Shown here: piece after piece, positions 57,133 to 64,000 of the stretch
How the letters are laid out: each line of letters starts with the position of its first letter
Position numbering within the stretch: the stretch's first letter is position 1
Assembly: GCA_902532595.1 (NCBI GenBank)
Contig: CACAIN010000001.1
Coordinates: 46,943-110,942 of the forward strand
Reading direction: 5' to 3'
Length of the DNA stretch: 64,000 bases
Source of the DNA: an uncultured Pelagibacteraceae bacterium
Lineage (GTDB): Bacteria > Pseudomonadota > Alphaproteobacteria > Pelagibacterales > Pelagibacteraceae
The notes under the pieces: model-generated
What the model was told of the DNA's origin: nothing
The model's input: the letters and a program-made list of their open reading frames with translations, nothing else
The model's database searches: none
Position numbers and translations under genes: made by a program

Positions 57133-58212
57133 TTATGCTTTTTTATTTGCTAAAGAACCACATGACGCATTAATATCTCTACCTCTACTTCTTCTAAACA
57201 AAGAGAGAAACCCTGCATCTTGTATAGTCTTTGAAAATTTATCTATATTCTCCTGAGTTGCTGCCTTTAAACTTTTATTAGAAAGTGGATTAAATTCAAT
57301 TAAATTTAATTTTGAAGGTACTTTTTTCATAATCTTAATTAACTCTTTAGCATGATCATCTGTTAAATTTTCATCCAAACATATCCACTCAATAAAAATT
57401 GGTAATTTTGTTTTTTCATAATATTTTTTCAGTTGAGGTATCAATGAATTAATTGAATACTTATCGTTAATAGGCATTAACTCTGATCTATGCTTTGGTA
57501 TTGAGCTATGTAAACTCCAAGCAAGATAAACATCTAATTTATTTGCAGCCCACTCTATAGCATCTATATCATCTTTTTTAGTTCCAACCCCCACAGTACT
57601 TACAGTTATTCTAGTTCTACCATATTCTAAACCATCTTTATTTTTAGAATTATCTATGGCAATTTTAACGTTGTCTAAATTTAAAAAAGGAGAGCCTTCT
57701 CCCATTAAAACTTGATTGGTAATCTTTTTTTGAGTGGACCAATCGTCAACATAATCCTTACATAAAATTATTTGTGAAATAATTTCACCTGGAGACAAGT
57801 TTCTTACTAATTTTTTAGAAATTTGAGCAGTTGCACAAAATTCACAAGAAAGATAGCAGCCCACAGAAACTGATAAGCAAATCGTATATCTGCTTTGTGT
57901 TTTATCCGGAATTAAAACTGTTTCTACATTTCTTTTGTCTTTAAGTTCTAAAAGAAATTTGATTGTTCCATCTTTAGATTTTTGAATATCTATAATCTTT
58001 GGTTTATCTAAACTAATTAAATTTTTAATTTTATTTCTTAACTCAGTTCCAAATGTTGTTAGTTCATCAAAACTTTTTATATTTTTCTTATAAACAGCAT
58101 TGAAAAGCTGTTGAGATCTCATTTTAACTTTTGTCGGTTCGACTTCAGCACTTTCTAGCAAAAATGCCTTAAGCTGATCAAAGTTTAAGTCATAGAAATT
58201 TTGTTTTTCCAT
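57133..58212 (-). CDS. rlmN: Radical SAM RNA methyltransferase, RlmN/Cfr family (divergent)
   Basis: DGT.K.L, VETV.IP, TICLS..VGC...C.FCAT, RNL..GEI..Q, R.SRG.DI.ASCG.L. Confidence 0.88.
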   Translation of the reverse strand: MEKQNFYDLNFDQLKAFLLESAEVEPTKVKMRSQQLFNAVYKKNIKSFDELTTFGTELRNKIKNLISLDKPKIIDIQKSKDGTIKFLLELKDKRNVETVLIPDKTQSRYTICLSVSVGCYLSCEFCATAQISKKLVRNLSPGEIISQIILCKDYVDDWSTQKKITNQVLMGEGSPFLNLDNVKIAIDNSKNKDGLEYGRTRITVSTVGVGTKKDDIDAIEWAANKLDVYLAWSLHSSIPKHRSELMPINDKYSINSLIPQLKKYYEKTKLPIFIEWICLDENLTDDHAKELIKIMKKVPSKLNLIEFNPLSNKSLKAATQENIDKFSKTIQDAGFLSLFRRSRGRDINASCGSLANKKA

Positions 58213-58232
58213 TTTAAAGATTGTAAGATCTT

Positions 58233-58256
58233 GAAAGGGGTTTTAAAACCCCTCTC
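58233..58256 (-). terminator. Stem-loop between the small ORF and rlmN
   Basis: Minus strand GAGAGGGGTT-TTAA-AACCCCTTTC; weak U-tract. Confidence 0.6.
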
Positions 58257-58264
58257 TATAAAAG

Positions 58265-58456
58265 TTAAATATTCTCAGATGATTTTTTTAAATGCTTAAG
58301 AATTTTTCCGGCATTTGAACCTTCTTTAATTCTATATCCAGAAGTTCCATTAGCATTTACTTCTACAGCTTTTCTGGCCTTTTGCATTTTGTTAAGAAGT
58401 TCAGCCTGAGATTTGCTTCGGCTGAATTCATTTAACAATTTTGTGTGTCTTTTCAT
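58265..58456 (-). CDS. 63-aa basic hypothetical protein
   Basis: Strong AAGGAGAG RBS (58468-58461) and a downstream hairpin; no family recognised. Confidence 0.85.
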   Translation of the reverse strand: MKRHTKLLNEFSRSKSQAELLNKMQKARKAVEVNANGTSGYRIKEGSNAGKILKHLKKSSENI

Positions 58457-58485
58457 AACACTCTCCTTGTTTTGTATTATTCAAC

Positions 58486-58535
58486 CTACTTTTAACTCAT
58501 GTAGATGAGCCACTTTCTTACCATGTGGATGGTAA
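58486..58535 (-). ncRNA. Candidate cis-regulatory RNA of two tandem mini-pseudoknots
   Basis: TTACCAT-CCAC-ATGGTAA-GAAA-GTGG then CTCAT-CTAC-ATGAG-TTAAAA-GTAG, with internal covariation. Confidence 0.65.
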
Positions 58536-58578
58536 TAGTAATATAATATATAATGATTAAACGATCAATGGTTGAAAA

Positions 58579-58734
58579 ATGAATAACAAAACCTTAGGAA
58601 TAATTGCAGTAGTATTTGGAAGTCTAGTCTTATACAGCGAACAGGAATATGCCTGGATAATATCTGCACTTTTTATAGGAGCAGGTACTGGTATTTGGTT
58701 TTGGAAAGATAAAAAAAGCGATACAGAAAAATAA
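58579..58734 (+). CDS. 51-aa two-TM peptide MNNKTLGIIAVVFGSLVLYSEQEYAWIISALFIGAGTGIWFWKDKKSDTEK (not in ORF track)
   Basis: ATG 58579 to TAA 58734, 1 nt before the next ATG; two hydrophobic segments. Confidence 0.7.
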   Translation: MNNKTLGIIAVVFGSLVLYSEQEYAWIISALFIGAGTGIWFWKDKKSDTEK

Positions 58735-58735
58735 T

Positions 58736-59314
58736 ATGTCTAAAAGAATCTTTGTTGTTTACGGTCATCATAATACAAAAAAATCTTTTAACCAGGAAAT
58801 TAGAGATACTTTTATTTCTGAAGCTAAAAAATTAGGACATGAAATCGACTTAATAAATTTACATGAAGAAAAACCTATACCTTTTTATGATGGTTCAGAG
58901 CCTAGTGAACAGATTTTGAATTATAGAAAAAGATTAGAAAAAAGTGATGTGCTATTTATGATCTCACCATGCTACAATTTAAGAGCAACAGCTATTTTAG
59001 AAAATTGGATAGATCTTGTTCTAGCTCCTAAATGGTTTTTTTCTTTCAAAAGACTTGTTGGAAATTGGGGATACCCTGTTGCTGGTGCGATGAAGGATCG
59101 TCAAGCGATTATGTCAATGAGTTATGGAGGTAACTGGTTTAGTATTCAAACTTGGTTTCAAAATATTCCTTTTAGAAGAATAAAAGCAGGGGTTCTCAAA
59201 CTTGGAGGCATGAAGACAACCTATATAAGATTTTATGAAGTGTTACCTGGAATGAAAGAAGAAAAATTTACAAAACATATGGATAGGGTAAAAAAATTAG
59301 TAGAAAAATTATGA
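58736..59314 (+). CDS. Flavodoxin-like NAD(P)H:quinone oxidoreductase family
   Basis: VYGH....SFN, D.I.L, P.Y....TAIL..WID.V. Confidence 0.8.
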   Translation: MSKRIFVVYGHHNTKKSFNQEIRDTFISEAKKLGHEIDLINLHEEKPIPFYDGSEPSEQILNYRKRLEKSDVLFMISPCYNLRATAILENWIDLVLAPKWFFSFKRLVGNWGYPVAGAMKDRQAIMSMSYGGNWFSIQTWFQNIPFRRIKAGVLKLGGMKTTYIRFYEVLPGMKEEKFTKHMDRVKKLVEKL

Positions 59315-59323
59315 AAGAAATAA

Positions 59324-59434
59324 ATGTCTAAAAGATATAGTGGTAAGAGCAATAAAGATAGAAGCTTTATGAAAAAAGCTAAACTTAGTTTTAAAGAAAA
59401 AAGAAAGCTTAAGAGAGAAAAGAAAAAAAAGTAA
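59324..59434 (+). CDS. 36-aa highly basic peptide MSKRYSGKSNKDRSFMKKAKLSFKEKRKLKREKKKK (not in ORF track)
   Basis: Fills the gap; its stop overlaps the SRAP start (TAATG). Confidence 0.6.
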   Translation: MSKRYSGKSNKDRSFMKKAKLSFKEKRKLKREKKKK

Positions 59435-60060
59435 TGTGTGGAAGGTATAAGATTTGTAAGCCAGTAAGTAAAACGGTTGATATTGTTAAAAAAAATATAA
59501 ATGTGGAAGACACGGATAATTATAATGCTCATCCTTCCCAGAAATTACCTATTATAAAATCTTACTCCAATGGAAAAGCTTTAGAATCATATGAATGGGG
59601 TTTAGTCCCAAGCTGGTCTAAAAAAATAGAAAAATTTTCTCCTCTCATTAATGCTAGAAAAGAAACATTAATGGAAAAAGTTACTTTTAAAAATTTAATT
59701 CAAACATCTAGATGTGTGGTAGTAGCAGACGGATACTATGAGTGGGCAAAAAAAGAAAAAGGTAAAGTGCCCTACTATTTTACCAAGGAAGATGATGAAA
59801 TAATGTTTTTTGCCGCTATTCATCAAAATAATCAATTTTGTATTATAACAAGAGAAGCTAGAGAAAATATAAGTAACATTCACCATCGAGAACCTTTAAT
59901 TATGAAACAAAGCGAAATTAATAATTATTTAAATATTAAAAAAGATGCCTTAGAAACTTTAAATGCTATCAAACCTCCAGAATTAAAATTTCATGAAATA
60001 TCAAAAAATGTTAATAACCCAGAAAATAATGATCCTGCTTTAATTAAACCCATAAATTAA
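59434..60060 (+). CDS. SRAP/YedK (HMCES-like) abasic-site protection protein
   Basis: N-terminal MCGRY, WGLVP.W, INAR.ET, ADGYYEW, IH.R.P. Confidence 0.93.
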   Translation: MCGRYKICKPVSKTVDIVKKNINVEDTDNYNAHPSQKLPIIKSYSNGKALESYEWGLVPSWSKKIEKFSPLINARKETLMEKVTFKNLIQTSRCVVVADGYYEWAKKEKGKVPYYFTKEDDEIMFFAAIHQNNQFCIITREARENISNIHHREPLIMKQSEINNYLNIKKDALETLNAIKPPELKFHEISKNVNNPENNDPALIKPIN

Positions 60061-60873
60061 ATGAGCTCTCTATCTATTACTCCTGGAACAAATAATGTTG
60101 GTGCTTACATTAATAGTATTGAGTTAAAAAAGATAAATCAAAAACAGATAGATGAAATAAAAGCTACTTTAAGCCAATTTGGAGTTATTTTTATAAAAAA
60201 ACAAAATTTAGATCCTGAGTCTTATCAAAATTTTGCAAAAAATATAGGAACACCAGTTGTCTATCCACGATTAAAAGGTTTAGATAAAAAATTTCCATTT
60301 ATCAATGTCATTGAAAGAAAGCCAGATGATAAAAATTTAAGTTTTGGTTCTAGTTGGTTGCATCAAGACACAAGTTATTTGGCTAATGATAGGCCTCGTT
60401 ATACTATGCTAATGGGAATAGAGATTCCTAACGGTCAAGGAAATACTATTTTTTCATCAGGATTTAACGCCTATGAAAAATTACCTAAAGAAATCAAAAA
60501 TAAAATTAAAAATGCTACCGGCATTTTCTCTTCAGCTGGCCCTATAGCAGTAACTAGACTTGAAAGAGAAAAAGATATGGGAATTAAATCTTCTGACAGC
60601 ATGGAAGCTGAACATCCAATTGTGAAAATGGTAAACGGTAAAAAAACTTTATATGTTTCACCAGGTCATTTAATGGAGATCAAAAACGTTGATGAAAAGG
60701 ATGCAGATTATTTAAAAAAATATTTAATAGAACATGTTAATAAAAAAGAATTTATTTTTTCTTATGAATGGTCAAAAGGCGATATTTGTCTTTGGGACAA
60801 CTTAAGTATCTTGCATATGGCTAGCGAAATTAAAAACTGTAGAAGAGTAATGTATCGTATTACTTTAAAATAA
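60061..60873 (+). CDS. TauD/TfdA-family Fe(II)/2-oxoglutarate dioxygenase
   Basis: WLHQDTSY (HxD), G.T.F, EHP.V, WDN...LH, R..YR. Confidence 0.9.
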   Translation: MSSLSITPGTNNVGAYINSIELKKINQKQIDEIKATLSQFGVIFIKKQNLDPESYQNFAKNIGTPVVYPRLKGLDKKFPFINVIERKPDDKNLSFGSSWLHQDTSYLANDRPRYTMLMGIEIPNGQGNTIFSSGFNAYEKLPKEIKNKIKNATGIFSSAGPIAVTRLEREKDMGIKSSDSMEAEHPIVKMVNGKKTLYVSPGHLMEIKNVDEKDADYLKKYLIEHVNKKEFIFSYEWSKGDICLWDNLSILHMASEIKNCRRVMYRITLK

Positions 60874-61917
60874 TTATTTCTTTAAAATAGTTAGATGACC
60901 CATTTTTCTTTTATCTTTAATTTTCTTTTTTCCATAATCAAAAAAGAATTCCACATCGCTAAAAGACTTGCTTCTATATTCTTCAATTTCTTTACCTAAA
61001 ATATTGATCATTTCAGCATTAGATATTTTTTGAACTTTTTCATTATTTAAACCACATACTGCTCGCACGTGATTTTCAAACTGACTAATATTGAATGCAT
61101 TGATGGTTAAGTGTCCAGAATTATGAACTCGAGGAGCAATCTCATTCAATAATAAATTATTATTTTCATCAATAAAATATTCGACACACATAGCACCTAT
61201 ATAATCTAGTTTTTCTGCAATTAATTTTGCATTAAATTGTGCTTTTTTAAATATTTCGTCAGTAATATCTGCAGGTATTTTGGAATGTTTTAAAATTTGA
61301 TCTTTGTGAATATTTTCGATGGGTTCATATGTATAAATATTATCATTATCAAATCTTGTGATTACTACTGATATTTCTTTAATCAGATTAACTTTTTTTT
61401 CTAAAATATAATCAGCTGTAAAACACCAATCTTTTTTAATATCCTGTAATGAATTTAAAACAAATTGACCATGTCCATCATAACCAAGAGTATTTGTTTT
61501 TAAAATTCCAGGCAAAAGTCTTTTGTTTTTTTTTACATCTTCCACAGATTTTATGAAAGCCCACTCTGTGGTCTTAATACCAAGATCATTTACAAAAGTT
61601 TTTTCTAATTTTCTGTTTTGAACTGTCTGATTTATACGTGGTCTAGGTAAAACTTTTCTCTCTTTATCAATACTTTTTAATATCTCTATAGGAATGTTTT
61701 CAAATTCATAAGTTACTATATCTACTTTACTTATAAATTCTCTTATTTTGTCTTTATTATCATATTTAGTAAATATAAATTGATCTGAATAATTTTGTGC
61801 AGGACCATGTTCATCGTCAGAAATAACGACCGTTTTGATATTAAGCTTTTTGGCAGCTTGGCATAATAAAGATCCTAACTGACCAGAGCCTATAATTCCT
61901 AAAGTAATGTCTGACAT
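60874..61917 (-). CDS. purK: N5-CAIR synthetase
   Basis: GIIGSGQLG, TYEFEN, GYDG.GQ, NEIAPRVHNSGH, RKMGH. Confidence 0.96.
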   Translation of the reverse strand: MSDITLGIIGSGQLGSLLCQAAKKLNIKTVVISDDEHGPAQNYSDQFIFTKYDNKDKIREFISKVDIVTYEFENIPIEILKSIDKERKVLPRPRINQTVQNRKLEKTFVNDLGIKTTEWAFIKSVEDVKKNKRLLPGILKTNTLGYDGHGQFVLNSLQDIKKDWCFTADYILEKKVNLIKEISVVITRFDNDNIYTYEPIENIHKDQILKHSKIPADITDEIFKKAQFNAKLIAEKLDYIGAMCVEYFIDENNNLLLNEIAPRVHNSGHLTINAFNISQFENHVRAVCGLNNEKVQKISNAEMINILGKEIEEYRSKSFSDVEFFFDYGKKKIKDKRKMGHLTILKK

Positions 61918-61920
61918 TAA

Positions 61921-62409
61921 TTATTTAGGTTTTTTTTTAATGGATTGAGTTTGAATACGTCTCCACTTTTCTAAATTAGATTTTATTTTTGAGTCTGAGT
62001 TGCCTATGATGGATGCTGCGAGCAATCCAGCATTAAATGCGCCATCAATTGCTAAACAACCTACTGGAACAGATTTTGGCATTTGTGCCATTGATAGTAA
62101 ACTATCAAGGCCTTTCAATTTTTTAGTTTCTATAGGCACTCCCAAAACTGGTAATGTTGTTAAAGATGCTACCATACCAGGTAAGTGAGCCGCTCCACCA
62201 GCACCAGCCACGATCACTCCAAAACCATTTTTTTCAGCGGTTTCTGCAAATTTAAACATACGTTTTGGCGTTCGATGAGCGCTTACGATTAAAACTTGAT
62301 GTTTAACTTTAAGAATTTTTAAAATTTTTTCACAGTCCTTCATAACGGGATAATCAGATTGTGACCCCATTATGATTGCTGCTTTATTATTTTGTTTATT
62401 GAGTTTCAC
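61921..62409 (-). CDS. purE: N5-CAIR mutase
   Basis: IMGSQSD, SAHRTP, AGAGGAAHLPGM, QMP. Confidence 0.97.
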   Translation of the reverse strand: MKLNKQNNKAAIIMGSQSDYPVMKDCEKILKILKVKHQVLIVSAHRTPKRMFKFAETAEKNGFGVIVAGAGGAAHLPGMVASLTTLPVLGVPIETKKLKGLDSLLSMAQMPKSVPVGCLAIDGAFNAGLLAASIIGNSDSKIKSNLEKWRRIQTQSIKKKPK

Positions 62410-62514
62410 AAACCAATTTAATCAATTTTATAAATAAAAACAATAGAGTTTAATTTCTTTTTTTGGACTAATTTATGCCAATCAAAACACAGATTTTTTT
62501 ATCAAATTAATATT

Positions 62515-62718
62515 ATGAAAATATTATCTATTTTATCTTTGTTGTTTTTGTTAACTAATTGTGCTGGTAGCAACTTGGCCAAAGTAAAATTTGGAGAGCG
62601 TTGTACCGCTTCTGACACAAAACAACTGCAGGAAAAATCTTACGTGTGGTTTGTGAGTAAAGATGCCGCAAAGGATTTTGACAAAAGAATAAATAAAGCA
62701 AACTGTTTAGATAGCTAA
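62515..62718 (+). CDS. Small lipoprotein
   Basis: Signal peptide with lipobox LTNC; two further Cys. Confidence 0.75.
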   Translation: MKILSILSLLFLLTNCAGSNLAKVKFGERCTASDTKQLQEKSYVWFVSKDAAKDFDKRINKANCLDS

Positions 62719-62759
62719 ATTAATTATTAATTTTTGTTATTTATGTTAATAAGGGGTTT

Positions 62760-63848
62760 ATGTATAGACCCCTTATTATTTTTTCTATATTCTTCTTTTT
62801 TTTTAACTCAAATTTAGTAGCTATGGATCAAAAACCCTATCATCACATTTACAAAGACGGAAAGCTATTTGCTTTTAGAAATTTAGAGGGTGGTCCAAAG
62901 AGAGATCCTAATTTTAAATGGAATTGGAAGCTTTTTAGGGAAGAAAAAAAGAAACTTAAAATTGATTATCCTCCTGGGCATGTCATTGATAGACAAATAG
63001 TTTTAAGAAATCTTGAGAAACATAAATCAGACTCATATGTTATGTGGCTTGACCATGCGAGCTTTATTATTAAGCTTGGGGATACTACAATTATTACTGA
63101 TCCGGTTTTTGAAAAATATTATGGTTATTTTGGTTTCGGTACAAAAAAATATATCAAGCCTCCTTTAGAATTAAAAGAACTTCCAGAGATAAATTTATTT
63201 TTGCTGAGCCACAACCATCTTGATCACATGTCTCAAAAAACAATAAATAACTTTCCTTACAAAAATACAAAAGTTCTCGTACCTTTAAAGCTTGGAAAAT
63301 ATTTTACAAGAAATGGATATAAAAAAGATAAAGTAAAAGAGATGGACTGGTTTGATAAAATTGAAATTAATGACGAAATCACAATAACAATGCTACCAGC
63401 ACAACATTGGAGCAAACGTTGGATTTGGGGTGATGGAAATACTAATAGAAGTCTTTGGGGGAGTTTTTTAATTGAATATAAAGGTAAAAAAATCTTTTTT
63501 GCCTGCGATACTGGACCAGCACCTTTTTATAAAGAGTTGGGAAAAAAATTTGGTCCAATTGATTTAGGTTTTGGAAACATTGGTGCTTATAATTTCTTTC
63601 CAATTATAAATGTTAAAGATAAATCTACAGCTCATGCAAACCCTGAAGAACTCTTGTCACTTATGAAAGATCTTAAAGTTAAAAAAGTAGTTGGAATGCA
63701 TTGGGGTACCGCAATATTAAGTTTAGAACCGATTTGGGAACCACCAGTAAGATTTAAGGCAAATGCTGAAAAGTTTGGCTACAAAAAAGAAGAAGCAATT
63801 ATATTTAAGATAGGTGAAATTAAAAAATTAGATGAATTAATTAACTAG
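62760..63848 (+). CDS. Exported MBL-fold metallo-hydrolase (NAPE-PLD/RomA-like)
   Basis: Signal peptide, WL.HAS, TDPVF, SHNHLDH, PAQHWS.R, GMHWGT. Confidence 0.85.
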   Translation: MYRPLIIFSIFFFFFNSNLVAMDQKPYHHIYKDGKLFAFRNLEGGPKRDPNFKWNWKLFREEKKKLKIDYPPGHVIDRQIVLRNLEKHKSDSYVMWLDHASFIIKLGDTTIITDPVFEKYYGYFGFGTKKYIKPPLELKELPEINLFLLSHNHLDHMSQKTINNFPYKNTKVLVPLKLGKYFTRNGYKKDKVKEMDWFDKIEINDEITITMLPAQHWSKRWIWGDGNTNRSLWGSFLIEYKGKKIFFACDTGPAPFYKELGKKFGPIDLGFGNIGAYNFFPIINVKDKSTAHANPEELLSLMKDLKVKKVVGMHWGTAILSLEPIWEPPVRFKANAEKFGYKKEEAIIFKIGEIKKLDELIN

Positions 63849-63999
63849 CTTTTCTTTTATTTCTCTCTTTATCAAGAAGCTTTGTCAAAACATCGACCAT
63901 CATGTCAGAAGCTTTAAATATCTCATTAGATTTAAACTCATGAGAAATATTTCTTTCAGGATCGGTTTTGTCTTCTATGATTATTCCTTCATCTGGTGA
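63841..63999 (-). CDS. C-terminal fragment of an unidentified protein (...SPDEGIIIEDK...RNKRKAS)
   Basis: Open frame from the window end to TAA at 63841, convergent with the MBL gene. Confidence 0.55.
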   Translation of the reverse strand, partial: SPDEGIIIEDKTDPERNISHEFKSNEIFKASDMMVDVLTKLLDKERNKRKAS

Positions 64000-64000
64000 A

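Noticed and set aside
59233-59532. 99-aa hydrophobic minus-strand ORF
   Set aside because: Overlaps three plus-strand ORFs; its Phe/Leu richness mirrors the A-rich plus strand.

Overview
Low-GC, very tightly packed alphaproteobacterial core-genome segment. Gene content and streamlining point to Pelagibacterales/SAR11 (inference). It holds lipid A/Kdo genes (msbA-waaA-lpxK-lpxL, kdsB, kdsD-lptC-lptB), purD/purEK, ileS-lspA-ribF, groESL, tRNA-His-hisS-hisZ-hisG, a csp gene, accA, glcB, SRP RNA-dnaX-ybaB-recR, pheA, cycM, argDF, gcrA, zur-znuCB/znuA, a phosphorus-uptake block (PiT-like permease, ugpBAEC-glpQ), aroA-cmk-rpsA-ihfB-pyrF-trpBA-accD-folC, trxA-sbcB-rmuC-rlmN and an SRAP/TauD operon. 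I saw no CRISPR, IS or prophage. Best unexplained signals: (1) a tandem pair of covarying mini-pseudoknots in the 5' leader of a small unknown basic protein (58486-58535); (2) a TrpB/TrpA pair with a remodelled active site and allosteric interface, no adjacent trpF and a +1 frameshift; (3) an unannotated, apparently leaderless His-rich uORF with two hairpins ahead of tRNA-His-hisS-hisZ-hisG. Lesser signals are an A10 slippery run at the DnaX domain III boundary, candidate RegA, NrdR and tandem Zur boxes, and several small ORFs missing from the ORF track. All calls come from motif recognition only; no searches were run.
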